NCBI GenBank assembly: GCA_026391215.1
Contig: JAPLDX010000056.1
Location: 32,001-96,000, forward strand
Source of the DNA: Bacteroidia bacterium
GTDB taxonomy: Bacteria; Bacteroidota; Bacteroidia; Bacteroidales; VadinHA17
DNA length: 64,000 bases
Direction of reading: 5' to 3'
Shown piece after piece: positions 9,538 through 20,028 of this stretch; position 1 is the first letter of the stretch, and every line of letters begins with the position of its first letter. The translations under genes were made by a program, and so were the position numbers. The notes under the pieces were generated by a model, which was not told where the DNA came from, searched no databases, and saw nothing but the letters and a program-made list of their open reading frames with translations.

Positions 9538-12047
9538 TGAACCATCTTATCAGAACAATCCTATTTCTGACTTTCTTAATTAACTTTTTTTCTCCTCTCC
9601 TGCCACAGGAACCTGATAAGAAAGATTTTATCAGGACAGTCCAGGATGCTGATATCTATTATTATTATGATGAGGACTATGAAAAAGCGGCAAGCTTATA
9701 TGAGCCGCTTTTGAAATCAAATCCTGAAAACTGCAATATTGCTGGCAAGCTCGGGATATGCTATCTTAACATGGATGGTAAAAAAAAGGAGGCACTCAGG
9801 CTCCTTAGAATAGCTTCTGCAAATGTTGTGACAAATGACAAGGAATACGTTGAGTATGGAGAGAAAGCTCCCATGGATACTTACCTTTATCTTGCAATAG
9901 CGTATCATGTAAACGACAGCCTTGAAAAAGCCATCTCTCTTTACAATGATGTTAAGAATAGGCTTGGCGATCAGGATGTTTTCAGGGTCGATTTTATTGA
10001 CAATCAGATAAGGGATTGCAGGTATGCAATAGAAATGAAAAAGAAACCCCTTACTATTGTTTCCGAACTGCTGGTACCATGGCTGAAGGATTACCCCGGA
10101 GCTTGCAATCCGGTAATTTCAAAGAATGACTCTGTCTTTATTTTTACCCAGAAAAGAGAAGGCAGTACCCGCATCTTATGCTCTTATTATAATGACGGAT
10201 GGAAAAATCCGGTTGACATTACCCGGCAGCTTGGCGGGTATGACAGATTTTATTCAAATTCAATTACGGGCAACGGGAAAATCCTGGTATTGTACCTGGA
10301 TGACGGAGGAGATGGAAATCTTTACTTAAGTGAAAGAAAAGACAGTACCTGGACGAAAATAAAGAGCCCTGGTAAAAACATTAATTCAATCTACTGGGAA
10401 ACGCACGGCTTTATAACTCCTGACGGGAATATTTTATACTTTTCAAGCAACAGGCCGGGAGGAATGGGTGAACTGGATATATGGGTCTCGGAAAGGAATG
10501 AAGACGGAACCTGGAAGAACCCTGTTAATTGCGGTGATGTAATCAATACAGCATTTAATGAGGATACCCCATTTTTTGATCCCGCCACCAATGCTTTAAT
10601 ATACAGCTCTTCAGGGCACATCAGCATGGGAGGGTATGATGTTTTCAGATCTATCTCCAGGAATTCAGGATGGACAAATCCGGTCGGAATGCCCTTCGCT
10701 TATAATACCACCGGGGAGAATACATTTTTCATCCTTAATAATAATGCCCCTGGATTTATTGCCAGTCTTTATGATGACAAAATAGAATCAAGGAATATCT
10801 ATGCGATTGTTGCAATTGACCCTGCAGACGAGATTACAACAACTGAAGGAGTAATTACCCTTCAGGACGGTATGAATGTTGATCCTGCAAAAACGTCAAT
10901 TAGACTGACTGAGGCAAAAAAAGGCTCACTGGTCAAGACAGTTAATGTTAATGGTGATGGAAAGTTCCGATTTGATATTACACCTGGTGATTATCAGCTT
11001 TTTGTGAGCCATACAGGTTATAAGACGGATACTATCAACCTCAATCTGCCTCTGTATTTCCTTAGCCACTACATGGCTGTGAATCCTACCCTGGTACCCG
11101 AGAAAGTATCGGCCGGCGATTTCCTTGCTATTAAAAATATACTGTTCGCCTTTGATAGCTATGAGCTTGATCCTCAAGCAATATCGGCGCTTGAAACCCT
11201 TAAATCAATACTGATAAGTTATCCTGAACTTACAATAGAGGTTGACGGTTTCACCGATGCAAAGGGAAATTCTGAATATAATATGGCACTTTCAGATAAA
11301 AGAGCACAGACAGTTATTGACTACCTGACATCAATGGCTATTCCTGCTTCCAGGTTTGTAAAAAGAGTATTCGGTGAATCAGATTTTGTTGCTGTAAATG
11401 TAAACCGTGACGGATCAGATAACCCTGAAGGAAGGAAATACAACAGGAGAGCCTCCTTCGGTATTGTCGATCCTCATACCGGAGTAGTATTACGGCAGGA
11501 TACATATACTCCTGAACATTTGAGACTTGCATCTTCAATGAAGTACAGTATTGTTCTAGAGAAAACAATTGAGAAGCTGCCTATTTCTTCGTTTAAGAAT
11601 CTGAATCTCAGTGGAATACTATTCGTAAGATCAATAGAATCAGATTCCATATCCATATATGCTCTGGGGATATTCTATAACAAACCTGATGCTATTAAGT
11701 ATCTTGGTTATATAAAGGGCATGGGATATACTGAAGCTTATATCGTTAATCAGTATAATCTTAATAATGAAACCAGATCGCTTAAAAGAGTTGCTCCCAT
11801 GGTCATGCAAACCGGAGGAAAGAGAATCTACACTGTACAGTTGAAAGCTTCTAAATTGCCCTTAAACATGGAACAGTTCAGCGCCATAAAAGATGTCAGG
11901 GAAATATTTGGAGATGATGCCTATTACAGGTATATAGTTGGCGAGTACAGCGAACTTGCAAAGGCTCAGGAAGCTGTTGTCCAGATACATGAATCCGGTT
12001 TTAAGGATGCTTTTGTCAGGGAGCTTAACGTGATGGTGACAAAATAA
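9537..12047 (+). CDS. PorE-like TPR + PD40 + beta-sandwich + OmpA peptidoglycan-binding domain, plus two SPOR-like domains
   Basis: ATG 9537 overlaps previous stop (TAATG); ILFAFD, GFTDAKG..YNMALSDKRA, GRKYNRR OmpA motifs; two C-terminal SPOR-like repeats. Confidence 0.88.
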   Translation: MNHLIRTILFLTFLINFFSPLLPQEPDKKDFIRTVQDADIYYYYDEDYEKAASLYEPLLKSNPENCNIAGKLGICYLNMDGKKKEALRLLRIASANVVTNDKEYVEYGEKAPMDTYLYLAIAYHVNDSLEKAISLYNDVKNRLGDQDVFRVDFIDNQIRDCRYAIEMKKKPLTIVSELLVPWLKDYPGACNPVISKNDSVFIFTQKREGSTRILCSYYNDGWKNPVDITRQLGGYDRFYSNSITGNGKILVLYLDDGGDGNLYLSERKDSTWTKIKSPGKNINSIYWETHGFITPDGNILYFSSNRPGGMGELDIWVSERNEDGTWKNPVNCGDVINTAFNEDTPFFDPATNALIYSSSGHISMGGYDVFRSISRNSGWTNPVGMPFAYNTTGENTFFILNNNAPGFIASLYDDKIESRNIYAIVAIDPADEITTTEGVITLQDGMNVDPAKTSIRLTEAKKGSLVKTVNVNGDGKFRFDITPGDYQLFVSHTGYKTDTINLNLPLYFLSHYMAVNPTLVPEKVSAGDFLAIKNILFAFDSYELDPQAISALETLKSILISYPELTIEVDGFTDAKGNSEYNMALSDKRAQTVIDYLTSMAIPASRFVKRVFGESDFVAVNVNRDGSDNPEGRKYNRRASFGIVDPHTGVVLRQDTYTPEHLRLASSMKYSIVLEKTIEKLPISSFKNLNLSGILFVRSIESDSISIYALGIFYNKPDAIKYLGYIKGMGYTEAYIVNQYNLNNETRSLKRVAPMVMQTGGKRIYTVQLKASKLPLNMEQFSAIKDVREIFGDDAYYRYIVGEYSELAKAQEAVVQIHESGFKDAFVRELNVMVTK

Positions 12048-12065
12048 CATAATCAGAGACTATTC

Positions 12066-12593
12066 ATGAAGCATGATAAAATAAAGCTTAGAGCCCTCGA
12101 ACCAGAAGATCTGGGATTGCTGTATGAATGGGAGAATAACAGTAAATACTGGACAATAAGCAATACAGTTACTCCATTCTCAAAATATACTCTAAAGAGA
12201 TATATGGAAAATTCTCATAAGAGTATTTATGAAACAGGTCAGCTTCGTTTGATGATAGAAATTATTTCTGAAAAGAAAACTATAGGCACTATAGATATTT
12301 TTGATTTTGACCCTTTTCATAAAAGGGCAGGTCTCGGTATCCTGATCGCTGATGAGGATCAAAGGAGAAAAGGTTATGCATCTATGGCATTAAAAATCCT
12401 CATAGAATATTGCTTTAATACCCTTCAGCTTCACCAGTTATACTGCAATATTCTGGTCAATAATTGCGAAAGCATGGACCTTTTCAGAAAACAGGGATTT
12501 GTTCAGACAGGAATTAAAAAGGAATGGATCAAAACATCAAACGGCTACCTGGATGAATGTTTTTTCCAATTGATAAATGAAAACAAATCCTAA
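12066..12593 (+). CDS. GNAT family N-acetyltransferase (RimJ/RimL/SpeG-like)
   Basis: LRALEPEDL, RAGLGI, QRRKGYA acetyl-CoA motif, N..S..LF...GF. Confidence 0.9.
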   Translation: MKHDKIKLRALEPEDLGLLYEWENNSKYWTISNTVTPFSKYTLKRYMENSHKSIYETGQLRLMIEIISEKKTIGTIDIFDFDPFHKRAGLGILIADEDQRRKGYASMALKILIEYCFNTLQLHQLYCNILVNNCESMDLFRKQGFVQTGIKKEWIKTSNGYLDECFFQLINENKS

Positions 12594-12604
12594 ATAATAA
12601 ATTA

Positions 12605-14266
12605 TTATTTAGCCTGAGCTCTTGTATCCCTATATTCTCCCTTAAAGTAGTTGATCCCGATTGCATCATACCTCTTTTTCTGAGCCTCAAATCGGGCAAG
12701 AAAATCTTCGAAATCCTTTAGCCTGTCAGGAGCCCAACCAATTTCGGCAATGGCAAACATTCTCGGGTAGGCCATGTACTCCATATAAACGGGAGTGCTC
12801 AGGTATTCCGACCACAGATTACCCTGAACTCCAAGAATATACTTTTGTTCCTCTTGAGAAAGCTCCCCCGGCATGGGATTATATGAATAGACCTTCTCAA
12901 GGGGAAGATAACCTCCTATCGCAAGGGGTTCTCCCTGAGGCTCGCACTGGTAATAATCGATATAAACATATGTAGATGGCGTCATGATCACATCATGTTT
13001 TTGTCGTGCTGCTGCAATGCCTCCCGTGGTTCCCCTCCATGACATTACAGTTGCCTCCGGGGCCAATCCTCCCTCAAGGATTTCATCCCACCCTATTATC
13101 CTGCGTCCTTTTGAAGCAACAAACTTTTCAATCCTTTGTACAAAATAGCTCTGAAGCTCACTTTCATTCTTTAATCCCTCATCCTTTATTCTTTTCTGGC
13201 AAAGAGGACATTTTTCCCAACGGGTCTTTGGACATTCGTCACCTCCGATATGAATATATTCCGATGGGAAGAGTTCAATAACTTCAGTAAGAACATCCTG
13301 CAAAAAATTGAATGTCTCCTCTTTTCCTGCACAGTACACATCATCAAAGACACCCCATCTGGTCTGGACTTCATAGGGCCCCTTTGTACAGCCCAGATTG
13401 GGATATGATGCAAGAGCTGCCATAGCATGCCCAGGCATTTCTATCTCAGGTATCACTGTAATGAATTTCGATGCAGCATATGCTATAATTTCCTTAACCT
13501 CATCCTGTGTATAAAATCCGCCGTAAGGTTTTCCGTCATAAGTAAAAGGCTTTTTACCACCATGACCGATAAGCGTCTCCTTGCGGAAAGCTCCGGTTTC
13601 AGTGAGATTGGGGTATTTCTTTATTTCGATCCTCCATCCCTGATCTTCAGTGAGATGCCAGTGAAATGTATTCATCTTGTGGAGAGCAATCATGTCGATA
13701 TACCTTTTTATATATGCTACCGGGAACATATGACGCCCAACATCAAGATGCATGCCCCTGTAACCAAATCTGGGTTCATCCTTTATTGCACAGGCGGGGA
13801 CAGAAAGGACCAATCCCTCAACTACTAATGGACTTTCAACCTCAACCGGCATCAGCTGCCTTATTGTCTGAACTGCATAAAACAGTCCGACAGCAGATTT
13901 TGCCCTGACCACAATCTTTTTAGGTGTCACTGTCAACTCATATCCTTCATCATTATTAATTGCAGAATCGAGGGTCATAAAAACCGAACCTTTTACGGGC
14001 TTGCTCCCTTCCTCAACTGACAGGTCAATTCCTGTTGGATTTCTAACAAAATCAGCCAGACAATCAGCAGCAAGCCTGGTCTCACTATCAAGAACCGAAA
14101 GGATGATTTTGCTTTTCCCGGAAAAAATAAAATCTCCGTTCATCTCAGTAATGGAAACGGGCGCCGGAATAATGGCAAGAGCTTTTCCGGTAAACGGCGC
14201 ATTTCCTGATTTGCATCCTCCGATCATTAATATAAGCCCCATAATGAAATAAAGTGTCTTTTTCAT
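12605..14266 (-). CDS. Beta-N-acetylhexosaminidase (GH20), predicted lipoprotein
   Basis: Start moved to MKKTLY (lipobox IGGC); YRGMHLDVGRH, HLTEDQGWR, HIGGDE catalytic pair, WDE. Confidence 0.93.
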   Translation of the reverse strand: MKKTLYFIMGLILMIGGCKSGNAPFTGKALAIIPAPVSITEMNGDFIFSGKSKIILSVLDSETRLAADCLADFVRNPTGIDLSVEEGSKPVKGSVFMTLDSAINNDEGYELTVTPKKIVVRAKSAVGLFYAVQTIRQLMPVEVESPLVVEGLVLSVPACAIKDEPRFGYRGMHLDVGRHMFPVAYIKRYIDMIALHKMNTFHWHLTEDQGWRIEIKKYPNLTETGAFRKETLIGHGGKKPFTYDGKPYGGFYTQDEVKEIIAYAASKFITVIPEIEMPGHAMAALASYPNLGCTKGPYEVQTRWGVFDDVYCAGKEETFNFLQDVLTEVIELFPSEYIHIGGDECPKTRWEKCPLCQKRIKDEGLKNESELQSYFVQRIEKFVASKGRRIIGWDEILEGGLAPEATVMSWRGTTGGIAAARQKHDVIMTPSTYVYIDYYQCEPQGEPLAIGGYLPLEKVYSYNPMPGELSQEEQKYILGVQGNLWSEYLSTPVYMEYMAYPRMFAIAEIGWAPDRLKDFEDFLARFEAQKKRYDAIGINYFKGEYRDTRAQAK

Positions 14267-14342
14267 GAATATCAGTTTTTGATGAATAAGTGTTTTAAAG
14301 TTAATAAACATTTTCATCATCTCCATGCCGATTGCATATCAG

Positions 14343-15359
14343 CTACTTCAGCCCTGATGCAAGAAGTCCGCACGCAGCTGAAATATCAGTTCCCCTTGAT
14401 CTTCTGATTGATGCTGATATTCCCGAGATTACCAGCTCATGCTTAAAAAATAGCATCCTGTCGTCTGAAGACGAAGAGTTATTATCATCATTTACAGGAT
14501 GATATGGCATCAGGTTGACCCTGATACCCGATCCTCCCAGAATTTTTCTTAATCCTTCCAGATGTCTGACCGTATCATTGATATCATTTATCATCACATA
14601 TGCTACGCTGAATCGCCTTTTCTTCTTCACTGTAAAATCCTTCATTATCCTTATGATCTCATGAACAGGGTATGAGGATTCAGCCGGGACAATTCTGATC
14701 CTTTCCTCTTCAAAAGGAGAATAGAGACTAATCGTAAGGTTGCATTCCGATCTGTTCAGAAATTCTTTGATCGCGGGAGTGATCCCTACTGATGAGACCG
14801 TAATATTGCGGGGGCTAAATGACATGCCCCATTCGGATGTCATTATCTTGCAGGCCTTAAGGACATTCTCAAGGTTATCCATCGGTTCCCCCATTCCCAT
14901 AAAAACAACATGGGTTACATTGCCGGCATCAGGAATACTGAGCACCTGATTTACAATATCTCCCGAAGAGAGGTTCCCATGAAAACCATATTTTGCAGTA
15001 ACACAAAAAGGGCACCCCATCCTGCAACCTGATTGTGTTGATATACAGATAGTTCTTCTCTTAACATCAGGGATCCAGACTGATTCAAATTTCTTTCCCT
15101 CAGGAGAAATGAAAAGATATTTTATTGATTTGTCAGCAGATACTTCAGATGTTGCAGGACCGTAGAATCCTGTCACAGCAATATCATCCAGGTAAACCTT
15201 GAGGCTTTTTGGTACCCCTCCTATTTGAGAAACATCAGCAATACGTTTCTTATATATGCTCGTGGCCACTTTAACAGCCTGGTTGTAATTATATCCTTCA
15301 GCTTGTACTAGCCCGTATATCTCATCAGGAGTCAGTCCGCAAAGGTTTTCTTTAATCAT
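14343..15359 (-). CDS. rlmN: Radical SAM RNA methyltransferase, RlmN family (somewhat divergent)
   Basis: TICISTQSGCRMGCPFC, FMGMGEP, C-terminal DISAACG. Confidence 0.82.
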   Translation of the reverse strand: MIKENLCGLTPDEIYGLVQAEGYNYNQAVKVATSIYKKRIADVSQIGGVPKSLKVYLDDIAVTGFYGPATSEVSADKSIKYLFISPEGKKFESVWIPDVKRRTICISTQSGCRMGCPFCVTAKYGFHGNLSSGDIVNQVLSIPDAGNVTHVVFMGMGEPMDNLENVLKACKIMTSEWGMSFSPRNITVSSVGITPAIKEFLNRSECNLTISLYSPFEEERIRIVPAESSYPVHEIIRIMKDFTVKKKRRFSVAYVMINDINDTVRHLEGLRKILGGSGIRVNLMPYHPVNDDNNSSSSDDRMLFFKHELVISGISASIRRSRGTDISAACGLLASGLK

Positions 15360-15375
15360 AATAAGTATCTGAATA

Positions 15376-15383
15376 CAAAAATA
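15376..15383 (-). promoter_or_regulatory. -7 promoter element (TATTTTTG) for the rlmN-like gene
   Basis: TAnnTTTG on the minus strand 16 nt before the start codon. Confidence 0.5.
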
Positions 15384-15449
15384 ACCCGATTATCAATATC
15401 TTAGTATCTGGTTTTATTATTTACAAGCGAAGTAATATCATCATCAGAA

Positions 15450-16529
15450 ATGCAAAGCTGGGATTCTCTTTATATATACTATCTTTCAGGAACCGGAAAC
15501 ACCCGCATCTCCTCACAATGGATTGCAGAGGAGGCTGGAAAGAGAGGTCTCAGGACAGTTGTACAGCAGATTGACCGGCTGGAGAATATTGTCATGCCGT
15601 CACCTGACGAAAAGCCTTTAATAGGTTTTGCATTCCCGACCCATGGATTTAATGCAGCTCCGATAATGCTTAAATTCATGGCAGGATTTCCTCCTCACCT
15701 TTGTAGTAAGATATTCCTCCTGAATACCCGCGGGTGCCTCAAACTCTACAAAATATTCGTACCGGGATTTAGTGGATTGGCACTTATATTACCGGCTTTC
15801 ATGCTCTGGATGAAGGGGTATAAGTGCATTGGGATCAGATCTATAGACATGCCATCCAACTGGATGCCCCTTCATCCCGGGCTCAGGGAAAAAGTTATTG
15901 AATCAATTATTCACAAGGCGGAGCCGATTATCAGAATATATGCAAATAAAATACTCTCGGGGCAAAAGGTCTGGAGAGGCCTCTACAGTCTTCCTGCTGA
16001 TCTCCTGATCAGCCCGATTTCTGTAGCATATTATATCGGAGGGAGATTCTTCCTCTCTAAGACATTCATTGCAAATAACAAATGCAATAATTGCATGATA
16101 TGCATTAAGGAGTGCCCGACAGCTTCGATAAAATTAGTAGGGAACAGGCCTTACTGGAAGCTTACCTGTGAAAGCTGCATGAGATGTCTTAATCATTGCC
16201 CGCTGAAAGCTATTGAAGCTGCTCACGGCATGGCAACTGCTTTTATGATAATCATGAGCGCAGTAAATACATGGCTGATATTATTTATGGTACAAGCCCT
16301 CAATATTGAGCCTGAAGCATGGTGGTGGAAAATACTCACGCAATTTATTTCAATAGCAGTAATGATATCAGTAGCAGCGGTCCTGTATCTGATAATGCAC
16401 TATGCAATGGGATTCAAGCCTATAAATTATCTTGTAAGGTTCACATCTCTTACAACACTGCCTTTCTGGAGAAGATATAAATTTCTCAAGAAGAGAAAGG
16501 AAAATACTACAGTACCATGTGAAAAATAA
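15450..16529 (+). CDS. EFR1-family flavodoxin-ferredoxin protein with C-terminal membrane helices
   Basis: YLSGTGNT, GFAFPTH, MPSNW; CNNCMICIKECP and CESCMRCLNHCP 4Fe-4S motifs. Confidence 0.88.
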   Translation: MQSWDSLYIYYLSGTGNTRISSQWIAEEAGKRGLRTVVQQIDRLENIVMPSPDEKPLIGFAFPTHGFNAAPIMLKFMAGFPPHLCSKIFLLNTRGCLKLYKIFVPGFSGLALILPAFMLWMKGYKCIGIRSIDMPSNWMPLHPGLREKVIESIIHKAEPIIRIYANKILSGQKVWRGLYSLPADLLISPISVAYYIGGRFFLSKTFIANNKCNNCMICIKECPTASIKLVGNRPYWKLTCESCMRCLNHCPLKAIEAAHGMATAFMIIMSAVNTWLILFMVQALNIEPEAWWWKILTQFISIAVMISVAAVLYLIMHYAMGFKPINYLVRFTSLTTLPFWRRYKFLKKRKENTTVPCEK

Positions 16530-16546
16530 TTCAAAACTTAAATAAA

Positions 16547-17788
16547 ATGAACCGGATAACAATTTTACTAATATTTTCTCTTCTTGTGATTGCCTGCGGC
16601 AGCAGGGATAAAGGAAAAATTGATAAAAACTTAAATACCATGATAACAGACAGCACAAAGCAATACGGTTATAACAGGGATTTCCTGAAGAAACATGTAA
16701 ATATTATTGAGCTGAAATCCGGCAAATCCGCAATTGTCCTGATACCTGCCTGGCAGGGAAGAGTAATGACAAGCACAGCTGAAGGCGACCATGGCTTCAG
16801 TTTCGGATGGATCAACCGCGATCTGATTGCATCAGGGAATATACAGCCTCACATCAATGCTTTTGGCGGAGAAGAGAGATTATGGCTTGGGCCTGAGGGG
16901 GGACAGTTTTCCCTGTTTTTTAAAAAAGGGACCCGGTTTGTCTACGATGACTGGCAAACCCCAGCTTATATGGATACAGATCCGTTTGAAATTATGAGCC
17001 AGACAGATTCTTCAGCATTGTTCGCCTGTTCTGTTGGAACAGAGAATTATGGCGGAACTCAGCTTAAATTCAGGATTGAAAGAAATGTCATTATTCTTTC
17101 AGCAGAAGAGATCATGAAACAAACAGGAATTGACATAACCGGGATTAATGGTGTTGCCTACAGGTCAGACAATAAAATAACAAATACAGGAGATAATGAG
17201 TGGATAAAGCAAACCGGCCTTATATCTGTCTGGATGCTTGGGATGTTTAATCCCTCGCCTGCTGTTGTGGTTGTTATCCCAAATAAACCCGGAAATGAAG
17301 AGATAATGGGACCTCTGGTCAATGATGATTATTTCGGGAAGATCTCAGCAGACCGGCTTAAGGTCTCAGAAAATCATATTTATTTCAGAGCCGACGGCAA
17401 GAGCAGGGGAAAAATAGGGCTTCCTCCGCTAAGAGCAACAGGAACTATGGGCAGCTTTGATTCCGATAACAATATTCTTACCCTGCTTATCTGCAGGATG
17501 CCTGAAGGGAAAACAGAATATGTCAATTCAGCATGGCAGATACAGGATGATCCTTATTCAGGAGATGCGCTTAACTCGTATAATGATGGCCCTCTTGAAG
17601 ATGGTTCACAGATGGGACCATTCTATGAACTGGAAACCTCCTCCCCTGCGGCAGCCCTGAAGGCAGGTGAAGAACTCACTCATGTCCAATATACTTTACA
17701 TCTGACCGGCGACAGAAGAATCCTTGACAATATATCCCAAAAGATATTAGGAGTTTCTCTGGATGAAATAGAGAATTCGTTCAATTAG
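16547..17788 (+). CDS. Conserved lipoprotein of unknown function (DUF6786-like)
   Basis: Lipobox VIAC; PAWQGRVMTS, SFGWIN, GGEERLWLGPEGGQFS, FYELETSSPA motifs recalled for this family. Confidence 0.72.
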   Translation: MNRITILLIFSLLVIACGSRDKGKIDKNLNTMITDSTKQYGYNRDFLKKHVNIIELKSGKSAIVLIPAWQGRVMTSTAEGDHGFSFGWINRDLIASGNIQPHINAFGGEERLWLGPEGGQFSLFFKKGTRFVYDDWQTPAYMDTDPFEIMSQTDSSALFACSVGTENYGGTQLKFRIERNVIILSAEEIMKQTGIDITGINGVAYRSDNKITNTGDNEWIKQTGLISVWMLGMFNPSPAVVVVIPNKPGNEEIMGPLVNDDYFGKISADRLKVSENHIYFRADGKSRGKIGLPPLRATGTMGSFDSDNNILTLLICRMPEGKTEYVNSAWQIQDDPYSGDALNSYNDGPLEDGSQMGPFYELETSSPAAALKAGEELTHVQYTLHLTGDRRILDNISQKILGVSLDEIENSFN

Positions 17789-19889
17789 GCATTAGTCCCT
17801 TGTTCTTGAGCAGCGGCTCAATAACTGGTTCACGCCCTCTGAAATTAACGTACATCTCTATAGGATCCATGATGCCGTTCTTCGCCAGGATATTTGTCCT
17901 GTAGGATTCTGCAGTAGTCTTATCGAAGATCCCCTTTTCCTTGAATGCCTCAAAAGCATCGTTATCAAGGACGGCAGCCCAGGTATAACTATAATAACCG
18001 GAATCATAACCATCCATGATATGAGTGAAATAAGTGCTCCTGTAACGTGAAATTATTTCAGGGATCAATCCGATTTTCGTGAGGTACTCCGTTTCAAACT
18101 TTTGAATATCAACAACAGCCGGGGCTTCAAGGGTATGATAAGCCATATCAAGCATTGAAGCAGCAAGAATCTCAACATTATCAAATCCCTGGTTAAAGTA
18201 ACCGCTATTCCTTATTTTCCTGACAAGAGAAGCAGGTATCACTTCACCTGTCTGATAATGCCTTGCGTAAATGTTCAACATCTCTGGCTCGGTAGCCCAG
18301 TGTTCCATCAGCTGAGACGGAAGTTCGACAAAGTCCCATGCCACGAAAGTCTGGTTGTAGGTATTTCTGTTAAACATGGCATCCAGCGCATGACCGAATT
18401 CATGAAAGAGTGTTGAGACTTCTTCCAGGCTCAGAAGAGATGGTGCATCTCCGCTTTCAGGAGTAAAATTGAAGACTGTCGTTGCAATCGGAGTTATAGT
18501 TTTGCCATCGAGGATATGATGGGTGCGGTATGTTATGCACCAGGCTCCCTGCCGTTTGCTATCTCTCGGGAAGAAATCCATATACAGCACTCCTATATGG
18601 GAGCCGTCAGCATCCTTAACCTCAAAAGCCTGTGCATCAGGATGAGGTAATGGACAATCTGTCAAAGGATTAAAGACAATCCCGAAAAGCTTGTTGGCGC
18701 AGGTAAAAACACCTTCACGCACATTCTCAAGCTTAAAGTAAGGCCTTAACTCAGCATCATTAAGATTATATTTCTGTTTTCTTAGCTTCTCTGCATAGTA
18801 CCACCAGTCTGAAGGTTCGAGCTTGAAATTGCCTCCCTCCTTGTCAATGATTCTCTGCATCTCCTTCAACTCATTTTTTGCAACAGGGACAGCTTTTTCC
18901 CAGAGGTTATTAAGAAGACTATATACATTCTCAGGTACTTTGGCCATTCTTGGTTCGAGTACTGTATGGGAATGCGTTTTATATCCAAGGACCTTTGCCC
19001 TCTCTGCTCTAAGCCTCACAATGTCTGAAAGCAGCTTATTGTTATCAAATTCGTTCCCGTTATTGCATCGGGTTATGTATGCGCTGTACAATTTTTGACG
19101 AAGCTCCCTTATATCTGAATAAGTCAGAAAAGGGAAAATGCTTGGCCGTTGAGTTGTGAAAACAAATAATCCTTCGCTTCCTTCTGCTTTTGCTACTTCT
19201 GCAGCTGCAGACATTACTGATTCTGGTAATCCTGAAAGACCATTACTGTCAACACGAAACCTGATGTTGTTCGTTTCATCCAGGACATTCTGACTGTATT
19301 TTACTGTAAGCACAGAGAGCTCCTGATTAATCTTTTTCAGAGTATCCTGGTCCTGTTTGTTAAGATTTGCCCCATTCCTTACAAATCCTTTATAAAGATT
19401 TTCGAGGATGTACTTCTGTTCTGAATCCAGGTTATATTTTGCCTGATTATCATATACATATTTTACTTTCCTGAAGAGATCAGGATTAAGTCTTATCTCA
19501 TCATTGTAAGCAGATAATTTCGGAGAAATATCAACCTCAATGCTTTGCAGGGAATCACTGGTATTTGCATTAGCCTGACCATAAAATACCTGTGATACAG
19601 TTGTAAGGAGTTCACCGGTTTTATCCAGGGCTTCAATTGTATTTGAGAATGTCGGTTCTTCCTTATTGTTTATGATTTTTTCAATCTCTATTCTTCCTTC
19701 TGTCATCCCTTTTTCAAAAGCCGGTATATAATGCCTGGCCATTATTCTTTCAAAGGGCGGAATATTATAAGGAGTATTGAACTCGCTGAAGAACGGGTTG
19801 GTTTTATCAACCTCAGGTTCATTTTTACATGAAGATATTGCCATTACAAATAAAGCTGTGATAATGAATAATTTAACAAATTTTTTCAC
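17781..19889 (-). CDS. dcp: M3 family metallopeptidase (peptidyl-dipeptidase Dcp-like), lipoprotein
   Basis: GTG start, lipobox ISSC; TLFHEFGHAL, DFVELPSQLMEHW, GYYSYTWA, FRGREP. Confidence 0.9.
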   Translation of the reverse strand: MKKFVKLFIITALFVMAISSCKNEPEVDKTNPFFSEFNTPYNIPPFERIMARHYIPAFEKGMTEGRIEIEKIINNKEEPTFSNTIEALDKTGELLTTVSQVFYGQANANTSDSLQSIEVDISPKLSAYNDEIRLNPDLFRKVKYVYDNQAKYNLDSEQKYILENLYKGFVRNGANLNKQDQDTLKKINQELSVLTVKYSQNVLDETNNIRFRVDSNGLSGLPESVMSAAAEVAKAEGSEGLFVFTTQRPSIFPFLTYSDIRELRQKLYSAYITRCNNGNEFDNNKLLSDIVRLRAERAKVLGYKTHSHTVLEPRMAKVPENVYSLLNNLWEKAVPVAKNELKEMQRIIDKEGGNFKLEPSDWWYYAEKLRKQKYNLNDAELRPYFKLENVREGVFTCANKLFGIVFNPLTDCPLPHPDAQAFEVKDADGSHIGVLYMDFFPRDSKRQGAWCITYRTHHILDGKTITPIATTVFNFTPESGDAPSLLSLEEVSTLFHEFGHALDAMFNRNTYNQTFVAWDFVELPSQLMEHWATEPEMLNIYARHYQTGEVIPASLVRKIRNSGYFNQGFDNVEILAASMLDMAYHTLEAPAVVDIQKFETEYLTKIGLIPEIISRYRSTYFTHIMDGYDSGYYSYTWAAVLDNDAFEAFKEKGIFDKTTAESYRTNILAKNGIMDPIEMYVNFRGREPVIEPLLKNKGLMPN

Positions 19890-20028
19890 GGTAAATGATT
19901 TTCGTTTAGAAATGGGGAAGTTGATTTTTCTACTAAGGTAGAATTTTCTCTATAAATTTCTGTAAGCAAAAAAGAAATTTAGTATATTAGCATGTGCTAC
20001 ATTTTTAAAGGAATAAATATTTACTTAA

